Source: Candidatus Omnitrophota bacterium (GTDB lineage Bacteria > Omnitrophota > Gorgyraeia > 2-01-FULL-45-10). Taken from it: DNA of 64,000 bases. Under the pieces are notes generated by a model. The model was not told the origin of the DNA, searched no databases, and saw only the letters and a program-made list of their open reading frames with translations. The stretch is from positions 9,664 to 73,663 of the forward strand of contig JBAZNZ010000003.1 of assembly GCA_041648975.1 (NCBI GenBank), given 5' to 3'. The position numbers and the translations under genes are program-made. This document shows positions 1 through 7,836 of the stretch, piece by piece. Each line of letters opens with the position of its first letter. Positions within the stretch are counted from its first letter, which is position 1.

Positions 1-823
1 GGGAGCGGATATAGTCCACAGTCCACAGTCCATAGTCCATAGTTTTAAGGAATGCGACATAACGGACGAAAAGGTTGTTCTCGATGTTGTTACGGAAGTA
101 AGGCCTGATATTGTCATCCATACTGCCGCAATGACGGATGTAGACGAATGTGAAACCAATAAAGATAAAGCTTATAAAATAAATTCCGAGGGGACTTGGA
201 ATGTGGCGCTCGGATGTAAAAAGATTAACGCATCGCTCATTTACATAAGCACCGATTTTGTGTTTGATGGGAAGAAGAAGGAGCCTTACAAAGAGTCGGA
301 TAAAGTCAGCCCATTGAGTGTTTACGGTGATTCGAAGCTTAAAGGCGAAGAGGCCGTGAAAAAGGCTATAAAGAGGTATTTTATCGTCCGAACGAGCTGG
401 CTTTACGGAGGGCATGGCAAGAATTTTGTGGATACCATTCTCTTGAAAGCGAAAGCCGGGCAAACGTTGAAAGTGGTCGATGACCAGTCCGGATCGCCTA
501 CATATACGAAAGACCTGGCTAAGGCGCTGCATGCGCTGTTGGACAAGATGTTCACTGGTAGCGGATTAGAAATTGCGGATTATGGAACATATCACGTGTC
601 AAATTCCGGCAGCGTCTCCTGGTGCGATTACGCGAAAGAGATAATAAGGTCAGCCGGTTTGAAGATAAAAGTGGCGCCGATCTCTTCGGAAGAATTAGAC
701 AGGCCGGCGAAAAGGCCGGCTATGTCTGTGCTGGATAATTCAAAGTTCAGGGTGTTTACGGATTACCGGATGCGTGGATGGAAGGAAGCGTTAAGGGACT
801 ATATGACTGCAAATGTTACGTAA
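1..823 (+). CDS. rmlD: dTDP-4-dehydrorhamnose reductase (RmlD), 5'-truncated at window edge
   Basis: Frame 2 is open from nt 2 with no upstream stop. Translation ...FKECDITDEKVVLDVVTEVRPDIVIHTAAMTDVDECE...YISTDFVFDG...PYKESD...PLSVYGDSKLKGE matches the conserved RmlD core (PDVVINAAAYTAVDKAE / STDYVFDG / YGxSKLxGE). The track start at 131 is an internal Met. Confidence 0.8.
   Translation, partial: GADIVHSPQSIVHSFKECDITDEKVVLDVVTEVRPDIVIHTAAMTDVDECETNKDKAYKINSEGTWNVALGCKKINASLIYISTDFVFDGKKKEPYKESDKVSPLSVYGDSKLKGEEAVKKAIKRYFIVRTSWLYGGHGKNFVDTILLKAKAGQTLKVVDDQSGSPTYTKDLAKALHALLDKMFTGSGLEIADYGTYHVSNSGSVSWCDYAKEIIRSAGLKIKVAPISSEELDRPAKRPAMSVLDNSKFRVFTDYRMRGWKEALRDYMTANVT
13..43 (+). repeat. Tandem heptanucleotide repeat (AGTCCAC)2(AGTCCAT)2 plus partial unit, inside the 5' part of rmlD
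   Basis: Direct reading of nt 13-43: agtccac agtccac agtccat agtccat agt. The unit length is not a multiple of 3. Confidence 0.6.
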
Positions 824-910
824 GGGTAGAGAAGGTTAATTAAGGTTACGTAAGGTTGATTTTTGTAACTTTACGTAACCTTCACTAACTTTCGTAACAT
901 TACGTAACCT
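816..910. promoter_or_regulatory. Array of four perfect copies of the 8-bp palindrome TTACGTAA (816, 846, 871, 900) plus a degenerate copy TTCGTAAC (891). Extended sites GGTTACGTAA are arranged head-to-head and form a 12-bp inverted repeat (842-853 / 871-882). Candidate operator or regulatory element upstream of the dehydrogenase gene.
   Basis: Read directly from the 102-bp gap between rmlD stop (821-823) and ATG 926. The motif spacing is 30/25/29 bp. GGAG Shine-Dalgarno at 914-917. Confidence 0.45.
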
Positions 911-925
911 AAATGGAGATAGAGT

Positions 926-2230
926 ATGTTCAAGGGACTTGAGAAGAAGATTCTAAGCAAAAAGGCGAAGATAGGCATAATAGGGCTCGGTTATGTAGGA
1001 CTGCCGCTTGCCGTCGTCTTCGCTAAAGGCGGATTTGAGACATACGGTATAGATATAGATAAGAAGAGGGTGGACAGGCTGAAGAGGGGCGAGTCGTACA
1101 TATTGGACGTGCCGGCCTCAGATGTCGCAAAGGCCCAGAAGAGCGGCAAGCTGACCGCGACCGCGGACTTCAGTGTCATTAAAAAGCTGGACGCCGTTAT
1201 AATATGCGTCCCTACTCCGCTCAATAAGACGAAAGAGCCGGACGTCTCATACATAGTGTCGGCCGTCGAGAACATAAAACGCCATATGAAACGCGGCCAG
1301 ATAGTCGTGCTGGAATCTACGACATATCCGGGCACTACCGAGGAGGTCATGCTGCCTGTCCTGGAGTCGAAAGACTTTAAGGAAGGAAAGGATTTTTATC
1401 TGGCGTTCTCGCCGGAAAGGATAGACCCGGGCAACGCCAAATATAAGACCGAGAATACCCCTAAGATAATCGGCGGCATATCCGAAGAATCTACGCGAAT
1501 AACGAAGATATTGTATGAACAGGTGATAGAGACGATCATCCCTGTGTCGTCCTGCAAAGTTGCGGAGATGGTGAAACTGCTGGAGAACACGTTCAGGATA
1601 GTGAACATAGGAATGGTGAACGAGTTGATGCTCATGTGCGATAAGCTGGGAATCGATGTATGGGAGGTAATCGAGGCGGCCAGGACAAAGCCTTACGGTT
1701 TTATGCCCTTCTATCCCGGACCCGGCGTCGGCGGCCATTGTATTCCCGTGGATCCGATATATCTATCGTGGAAAGCCAGGGGGCATGGTTTTGAAGCCAG
1801 GTTCATAGACCTGGCGTCCCACGTGAATTCACTTATGCCGCATTATGTGATCGAAAAGGTAACAAGCGGGCTTAACGACCATAAAAAGGCGCTTAAAGGA
1901 TCAAACGTTTTCGTGATGGGAGTTACCTATAAGAAAGACATAAAGGACCTTCGAGAGTCGCCGGCGCTGGAGATCATACATATTTTACAGCAGAAAGGCG
2001 CGAACGTTTCATATTACGATCCCTATCTTCCGTATTTGAAGATGGACGATATGGATCTGAAGTGCGTTAAATTCGATAAGCATACGTTTGAGAACGCGGA
2101 TTGTGTCGTCATAATCACAGACCATTCGAGCGTGGATTACAAATTTATGCTTAAGCACTCGAGGCTCGTGGTAGACACGAGGAACGTATTGAAAAACATG
2201 AAAGACAGGACCAAGATAGTGAGGTTATGA
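926..2230 (+). CDS. Nucleotide-sugar 6-dehydrogenase, UDP-GlcNAc/UDP-ManNAc dehydrogenase family (TviB/WbpA/WecC-like)
   Basis: N-terminal Rossmann GIIGLGYVGLPLAVVFAKGG, catalytic GGHCIPVDP, 434 aa. Typical of the TviB/WbpA family rather than short Ugd. Confidence 0.8.
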   Translation: MFKGLEKKILSKKAKIGIIGLGYVGLPLAVVFAKGGFETYGIDIDKKRVDRLKRGESYILDVPASDVAKAQKSGKLTATADFSVIKKLDAVIICVPTPLNKTKEPDVSYIVSAVENIKRHMKRGQIVVLESTTYPGTTEEVMLPVLESKDFKEGKDFYLAFSPERIDPGNAKYKTENTPKIIGGISEESTRITKILYEQVIETIIPVSSCKVAEMVKLLENTFRIVNIGMVNELMLMCDKLGIDVWEVIEAARTKPYGFMPFYPGPGVGGHCIPVDPIYLSWKARGHGFEARFIDLASHVNSLMPHYVIEKVTSGLNDHKKALKGSNVFVMGVTYKKDIKDLRESPALEIIHILQQKGANVSYYDPYLPYLKMDDMDLKCVKFDKHTFENADCVVIITDHSSVDYKFMLKHSRLVVDTRNVLKNMKDRTKIVRL

Positions 2231-3174
2231 TGGCGCGTTACCTGGTTACCGGCGGAGCCGGATTCATAGGATCGAATATAGTAGAAGAGCTTGTCAGGCG
2301 CAAGGCGAAGGTAAGGGTGCTCGACAGTTTCATCACCGGGAAGATGGAGAATATAAAACCTTTTATGGGCAGGATAGAGCTCGTAAAAGGTGATATACGG
2401 GATAAGAGGGCGCTTGGCAAAGCTCTTAAAAGCATAGATTTTGTAATCCATCAGGCGGCTCTTCGCTCAGTCCCTAAATCGGTTGACGATCCGTTCACGA
2501 CTAATGACATAAACGTATTCGGCACGCTCAACCTGCTCATGGCCGCGAAGAAGGCGAAGGTGAAGAGGGTCGTCTACGCTTCCTCAAGCTCGGTTTATGG
2601 GGACGCTAAGACTTTTCCACAGAGAGAGTCGGACCTTACGTCGCCGATCTCTCCTTACGGCGTATCGAAACTGGCGGCTGAGAACTACTGCATCACTTTT
2701 GCTAAGACGTTCGGGCTGGAGACCGTATCGCTCAGGTATTTTAACGTATTCGGCCCACGCCAGAATCCGGAGTCGAAGTATTCAGCCGTCATACCGATGT
2801 TCATATTCCAGATGATGAAAGGGAAGCCTCCGGTAGTCGAGTGGGACGGCAAGCAGGCCAGGGACTTTACGTATGTGGCAAATGTAGTCGAAGCGAATTT
2901 AAGGGCCTGCGTTACGCCCGGTATATCCGGAGAGGTATTTAATGTGGCATGCGGTACGAGCATTTCAGTTAACGAGATTGTGAATGAGCTGAATGAGATC
3001 CTCGGCACGGATATTAAAGCTATCCGCGCGCCCAAGAGAAGGGGAGATGTCCGGACTACATATGCGGACATATCTAAGATGAAGAGCTTGCTGCGGCCGA
3101 AAAAGATAGTGCCTTTCAGCGAAGGCCTGCGTCTTACCATCGACTGGTTTCTGAGGTCGAAAAGGACAGGGTAA
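2227..3174 (+). CDS. NAD-dependent nucleotide-sugar 4-epimerase (TviC/WbpP/Cap-like SDR)
   Basis: [16 protein letters not shown] Rossmann, YGVSKLAAENYC (YxxxK). ATGA overlap with the upstream dehydrogenase, as in the TviB-TviC arrangement. Confidence 0.8.
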   Translation: MMARYLVTGGAGFIGSNIVEELVRRKAKVRVLDSFITGKMENIKPFMGRIELVKGDIRDKRALGKALKSIDFVIHQAALRSVPKSVDDPFTTNDINVFGTLNLLMAAKKAKVKRVVYASSSSVYGDAKTFPQRESDLTSPISPYGVSKLAAENYCITFAKTFGLETVSLRYFNVFGPRQNPESKYSAVIPMFIFQMMKGKPPVVEWDGKQARDFTYVANVVEANLRACVTPGISGEVFNVACGTSISVNEIVNELNEILGTDIKAIRAPKRRGDVRTTYADISKMKSLLRPKKIVPFSEGLRLTIDWFLRSKRTG

Positions 3175-3176
3175 CT

Positions 3177-3719
3177 ATGTCACATATCCTTAAAAGATCT
3201 CTGGTTGTATTTTCCTTCCTGCTGGTGGTCTTGCTGGGATTTTTTTCGTCATCCCCGTATTTCAAGTCGCGCCTGGGCGGGGCGGTGAAACAGGTCGAAG
3301 AGATGGCGTACGATTACCATTTTAAGAAATTAGAGATATATCCGTCGGCTAGACTTTTTTTTATTCTTCCCGAAGGAGCGTACTCTACGTTTTACAGGAC
3401 CAGGTTCACGGACGGCATGGCATACCAGGTATTGTCGAACGTCTTCATAAACTCGTTCTTCCAACCTCTATTCCTGTGTATTTTTACCCCGCAGGTAGTC
3501 CTGCATTACCTGCTCCTGCCGTTTTTCTTATACGGCTCGATAAGGTATTTCAAGAAGGTCCCGCTCCTGATAATATTTTTTATCGTGTCTATGTTTGGTT
3601 TGTGTGTAAAGAATGCGGTGGTAGAAACCCTGGTGAGGCACAGGATGGTATGCGACTTAATATACATATCGATCGGTATAGCTGGTTTGACAGACTCGAT
3701 TACAAGAAAGTTATTCTGA
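3177..3719 (+). CDS. Hypothetical polytopic membrane protein (frame 0). Possibly a fragment of a larger frameshifted membrane-protein gene.
   Basis: ATG 3177 coupled to the upstream stop. Strongly hydrophobic 180 aa. Overlaps the next ORF by at least 74 nt in another frame. Confidence 0.35.
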   Translation: MSHILKRSLVVFSFLLVVLLGFFSSSPYFKSRLGGAVKQVEEMAYDYHFKKLEIYPSARLFFILPEGAYSTFYRTRFTDGMAYQVLSNVFINSFFQPLFLCIFTPQVVLHYLLLPFFLYGSIRYFKKVPLLIIFFIVSMFGLCVKNAVVETLVRHRMVCDLIYISIGIAGLTDSITRKLF

Positions 3720-4258
3720 TAGCTTTCCTGCTGCGGGTCATATTCGCTTCCGTATATGATATAGGCGTATCTGTTACGGGCAGGGATATCCTTCTGCCGG
3801 ACGGCAGGTTCTATTCGGCGATGGGCCGGTATATACAGATTTTGTTGAACGGCAACAGCGCGTTCCGGATCACCGATGCCATGGCGCCGCAGGACACACA
3901 TAGCCGGGAACTTCTTGCCGCAACGATAGCAAGGACCAAGGGAGGCCTTCCTGTCGTGGATAACGAGACAGGAGCTTTTCTTTATGTCGTAGGCGCCATA
4001 TATTTCCTGTTCGGGTATTTCCCGATCTTTGTGAGGATTTTTAATATCATCCTCAGCATCTCCTGCGTCTTTTTCATCTTCAGGATAGCGGCCAGGCATT
4101 TCGGCGAAACGCCGGCGAAGATATTTCTTATTATAGGGCTGTTCCTGCCCACGCAATTAGTTTATTCTATTACGCTTTCCAAGGACTTCACCAGGATGTT
4201 CCTTGTCTGTTTTGTTCTATGGATCATTTACGGAGGTGTGAGATGGAAAAGAGTATAA
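3646..4258 (+). CDS. Hypothetical polytopic membrane protein (frame 2), start uncertain. ORF open from 3476.
   Basis: First ATG in frame at 3646 (MRLNIHID...). Hydrophobic segments FLLRVIFASVY, FLYVVGAIYFLFGYFPIF and IIGLFLPTQLVYSI resemble N-terminal helices of GT-C/ArnT-like proteins. Confidence 0.3.
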
Positions 4259-4557
4259 AGAGGCTCATAATATTCCTTCTTGTATATCTTGTGCTTTTCT
4301 GGATAGGATTCAGGTCGGGCGAGATATATAACCGGATGAAGAACAAGGTCGCGATCGAAAGGGTAATAATACCGCAGTCCCCCAGATATTACTACATCGT
4401 AGAAAATAGTACGGGAAACTGGGGCAGTACCGTTACGTTTTCAAGAGTCGGTGAGGACGATACCATACTGCAGTTTTTCTTCAATGAAAAGCTCAGGCCT
4501 CTTCTCAAACTGCGCGACCTGAAAATATATAAAAATGACGGTGAAAGGATATATTAA
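4243..4557 (+). CDS. Hypothetical small membrane-anchored protein (frame 1), start uncertain. ORF open from 4219.
   Basis: MEKSIKRLIIFLLVYLVLFWIGF transmembrane anchor followed by a soluble about 80 aa tail. Overlaps the previous ORF. Confidence 0.3.
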   Translation: MEKSIKRLIIFLLVYLVLFWIGFRSGEIYNRMKNKVAIERVIIPQSPRYYYIVENSTGNWGSTVTFSRVGEDDTILQFFFNEKLRPLLKLRDLKIYKNDGERIY

Positions 4558-5502
4558 ATGAAAAGAGCAAAAAGCGTTCTTATCACCGGAGGGGCAGGTT
4601 TTATAGGATCGCATCTTTGTGAACGTTACATACGCAAAGGGTGTAGAGTCATATGCATGGACAACCTGATAACCGGCGGCATGGAGAACATCTCCCACCT
4701 TCTGCGTGATAAAAACTGCAGATTTATAAAACATAACGTTACCAAATATATCGATGTGAAGGGCCCGGTCGATTATATACTGCATTTTGCGTCTCCCGCG
4801 AGCCCGGTCGATTACATAAAATATCCGATACAAACGCTGAAAGTCGGCTCTCTGGGTACGCATAATGCGCTCGGTCTTGCCAAAGCAAAAGGAGCCAAAT
4901 TCCTTTTGGCGTCCACAAGCGAGATATATGGGGACCCTATGGTAAATCCTCAGCCCGAGACTTACTGGGGGCACGTGAACACCATCGGCCCGAGAGGCGT
5001 CTATGACGAGGCTAAGAGATTCGCGGAGGCTATAACTATGGCCTATCACAGGATACATAGAGTCGATACCAAGATAGTTCGTATATTTAATACATTCGGC
5101 GAAAGGATGAGGAAAGAAGACGGAAGGGTTATACCGAATTTCATAACACAGGCTATTAATAATAAGCCTATCACTGTATACGGCGCAGGTTTGCAGACCA
5201 GGAGCTTCTGCTATATTTCAGACCTGACAGAGGGTATTTGCAAACTCATGGTGTCGTCTATGCATGACCCTGTTAATATAGGAAATCCCCGTGAAATGAC
5301 TCTCTTGGAACTTGCGCGTATAGTTATAAAGATTACCGGAAGCAAAAGCAGGATGGTATTCAGAACATTACCCGTCGACGATCCGAAGGTCAGGTGCCCG
5401 GATATAAGGAAGGCCCGCCGGCTATTGAGATGGCAGCCGAAGGTAAGCATCGAAGAGGGCCTTGGCAGGACCATTGAGTTCTTTAAGTCGAAGACATGCT
5501 AA
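4558..5502 (+). CDS. UDP-glucuronate decarboxylase / UDP-xylose synthase (UXS/ArnA-decarboxylase-like SDR)
   Basis: [41 protein letters not shown] (YxxxK), NTFGERM. High similarity pattern to the UXS1 family. Shine-Dalgarno GGTGAAAGGA upstream. Confidence 0.8.
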   Translation: MKRAKSVLITGGAGFIGSHLCERYIRKGCRVICMDNLITGGMENISHLLRDKNCRFIKHNVTKYIDVKGPVDYILHFASPASPVDYIKYPIQTLKVGSLGTHNALGLAKAKGAKFLLASTSEIYGDPMVNPQPETYWGHVNTIGPRGVYDEAKRFAEAITMAYHRIHRVDTKIVRIFNTFGERMRKEDGRVIPNFITQAINNKPITVYGAGLQTRSFCYISDLTEGICKLMVSSMHDPVNIGNPREMTLLELARIVIKITGSKSRMVFRTLPVDDPKVRCPDIRKARRLLRWQPKVSIEEGLGRTIEFFKSKTC

Positions 5503-5509
5503 GACATGT

Positions 5510-6943
5510 ATGAAAAAAATTCTTCTCATAAATCCTCCGTATTTTTACCAGATATTTTCCGGATCCATGGTCAGGGCGATGGTGAGCCCCGGCATAATGC
5601 CTCTGGGGTTGGCCTGTGTCGCAGCTTCTCTCAGGGAAATCTCCTTCAGGGTTGAGATACTGGACCTTAATCTCGTTAAAGACCCCGAAGCAACCTTGAG
5701 ATCCAAGATCAATTCATTTAAACCGGATATTGCGGGTGTTACTTTCACAACACCTTTGTCCGGTATAGCGAAAATTTTGGCCGGAATAATAAAAGACGCG
5801 GACCCGGGTATAATAACGGTCTGCGGCGGGCCCCACGTATCGATACTGCCGGAAGAGACGCTGAAAGATTCGAAGTTTGACGTAGCCGTCTTGAGAGAAG
5901 GGGATCTTTCGTTGAAAGAGATAGCCCTGGATGTTCCATTAAGCCGGATAGACGGAGTAGCCTATAAGGCGCAGGGCGGTATAATGGTAAATCAACCGAA
6001 ATCATATATAGAAAACCTTGATAAGCTTCCCTATGCCGGCGTGGACCTGTTCGATTCCGGTAAGTATACCTATCCAAGGGTTACCGCAAGGAGAAATCCC
6101 GTGGCCTCTCTCGAGACGAGCAGGGGATGTTTTTCGAGATGCTCCTACTGTAATAAATCCATTTTCGGACACAAGTTTCGGGCGAAGAGCGCGGGAAGGG
6201 TCGTCGATGAGGCTGAATTCATCCTGAAATCCGGATACAGGGAAATACACATTATAGACGACGGTTTTACGACCGACATGGAAAGGGCTTTTGCGATATG
6301 CAGCGAAGTGAAGAAGCGAGGCCTTAACTTCCCATGGTATGTACGCGGCGGCGTAAGGGTAGACAGGGTATCGAGGGATCTTCTGCGCGAGATGAAGAGC
6401 GCCGGATGTTACAGGGTGCCTTACGGGATAGAATCCGGCGATCAGTCTGTTCTTGATAATATAAGGAAAGGGATAACGCTTCAGCAGGTTGACAATGCCG
6501 TAAAATGGGCGAAAGAAGCGGGGATGATAGTAGACGGTTATTTTATGATAGGCCTCCCGGGAGAGACGGTCGCATCGGTGGAAAAGTCGATTGCCTTTGC
6601 CCGCAGCCTGGACCTGGATTACGCCAAATTCTCCATAACCGTTCCTCTCCCCGGGACGGAAATGTTTGAAAAACTGAAGAGGGACGGAAGGCTCCTGACC
6701 GAGGATTGGACCAAGTATAATTTCGCGCAGTCCCCGAGGTGCATATATAAGCATGAGAATATCAGCTGGAGCGACCTTGAGATGTACTATAACCGCGCTC
6801 ATAATAACTTCTATTTCAGGCCGGGTTATATACTAAGGCGCTTTATCGCCGGTGTGAAGAACGGCGAACTTCTCGCGTATATTAAAGCATTCTTCGATTT
6901 CGCGGGTAGTATTGTCGTAAACTTTAGGAGGACGCATGGATAG
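5510..6943 (+). CDS. Cobalamin (B12)-binding radical SAM protein (class B), copy 1
   Basis: N-terminal B12-binding-domain signature (MKKILLINPP..., CGGPHVS), radical SAM SRGCFSRCSYCNKS (CxxxCxxC). The track TTG start at 5462 was moved to ATG 5510. Confidence 0.85.
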   Translation: MKKILLINPPYFYQIFSGSMVRAMVSPGIMPLGLACVAASLREISFRVEILDLNLVKDPEATLRSKINSFKPDIAGVTFTTPLSGIAKILAGIIKDADPGIITVCGGPHVSILPEETLKDSKFDVAVLREGDLSLKEIALDVPLSRIDGVAYKAQGGIMVNQPKSYIENLDKLPYAGVDLFDSGKYTYPRVTARRNPVASLETSRGCFSRCSYCNKSIFGHKFRAKSAGRVVDEAEFILKSGYREIHIIDDGFTTDMERAFAICSEVKKRGLNFPWYVRGGVRVDRVSRDLLREMKSAGCYRVPYGIESGDQSVLDNIRKGITLQQVDNAVKWAKEAGMIVDGYFMIGLPGETVASVEKSIAFARSLDLDYAKFSITVPLPGTEMFEKLKRDGRLLTEDWTKYNFAQSPRCIYKHENISWSDLEMYYNRAHNNFYFRPGYILRRFIAGVKNGELLAYIKAFFDFAGSIVVNFRRTHG

Positions 6944-7820
6944 ATCCTTGAGCGTGATAGTTCCGGTGTTTAATGAAGAGGGCGGTATAAAGGCCGTTTT
7001 GGATTCCCTCATTTCGGAACTTGGGAATATAAAAATCCCGTATGAGATAATAGTTGTGGACGACGGTTCGGCGGACTCTACGGCCGAGATACTGAAGAGC
7101 TACAAAGACAGGGTCGGGATCATACGTCATCCGGAGAACATGGGTTACGGGCGGTCCATTAAGGACGGCATTCTCAAGGCGAAATATCCGTATATAGCAA
7201 TGCTTGACGGCGACGGTTCCTATCCCGTCGGAAGCATAGGCGATCTCTTCCGTAATATGGGCGAATATGACATGGTGGTGGGAGCGAGGACGGGAGATAA
7301 TTATAAAGGCGCGCTCTTGAAGTATCCGGCCAGGCTCGTTTTTTTATGGCTGAGCGAATTCGCGTGCGGCAGGCGCATCCCGGACGTCAATTCCGGGTTC
7401 AGGATCTTTAAGAAAGAGGTTGTGATGAAATACTTTAATACGTTATGCCTGGGGTTTTCGTTCACCACGACCATCACTCTGGCCATGTCGCTGGGAGGGT
7501 ATTTCATAAAATATATGCCGATCGAATACCACAAACGCAAGGGCGCTTCGAAGGTAAGGTATTTCAGAGATACCTTAAGGTCGCTCCAGATAATAGTGGA
7601 GACGATACTCTATTATAACCCTATAAAGATATTCATACTTTTATGCGGTTTCCTGTGGGCCGTTATGGTCATAGCAGTCGTTGCGTGCGCGTTTTTGGGA
7701 CTGGATTTTCTCACACTCCTGGCAATAGAATCATTCCTTGCGTCGTTTATAGTATTTGGTCTCGGCCTGATAGCGGATCTTATGAGAAAGATTGATCTTA
7801 AGAATTCCGATACCGAATAA
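6936..7820 (+). CDS. GT2 polyprenyl-phosphate glycosyltransferase (Dpm1/ArnC/GtrB-like) with C-terminal transmembrane helices
   Basis: SVIVPVFNEEGGI...YEIIVVDDGSADST DxD region. Two C-terminal hydrophobic helices. AGGAGGA Shine-Dalgarno at 6926-6932. Confidence 0.8.
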   Translation: MDRSLSVIVPVFNEEGGIKAVLDSLISELGNIKIPYEIIVVDDGSADSTAEILKSYKDRVGIIRHPENMGYGRSIKDGILKAKYPYIAMLDGDGSYPVGSIGDLFRNMGEYDMVVGARTGDNYKGALLKYPARLVFLWLSEFACGRRIPDVNSGFRIFKKEVVMKYFNTLCLGFSFTTTITLAMSLGGYFIKYMPIEYHKRKGASKVRYFRDTLRSLQIIVETILYYNPIKIFILLCGFLWAVMVIAVVACAFLGLDFLTLLAIESFLASFIVFGLGLIADLMRKIDLKNSDTE

Positions 7821-7836
7821 AATATAAGAGAGAGAT

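Noticed and set aside
842-882. Stem-loop (12-bp stem, 17-nt loop) as a rho-independent terminator after rmlD
   Set aside because: No downstream U-tract (sequence continues CACTAACTTTCG). The stem is entirely made of the palindromic TTACGTAA sites, so it is better explained as paired protein-binding sites. Kept only as part of the regulatory-array feature.
3506-4156. 216-aa minus-strand ORF
   Set aside because: Lies entirely antisense to hydrophobic + strand ORFs. Its translation is low-complexity with charged runs, no motif and no Shine-Dalgarno context. Every flanking gene is on the + strand with tight coupling. Judged a shadow ORF.
5462-5509. N-terminal extensions implied by ORF-track starts at TTG/GTG (5462, 24254, 27380, 29191, 30585, 37067, 39303, 42450, 47127, 52057)
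   Set aside because: The track translates alternative start codons as M. In each case a downstream ATG with a better Shine-Dalgarno and/or a start/stop overlap (ATGA, TAATG) gives an N-terminus matching the family consensus (for example MKKILLINPP, MKKAFLLYPP, MNVAIIPARGG). The extensions would also overlap the upstream gene extensively.
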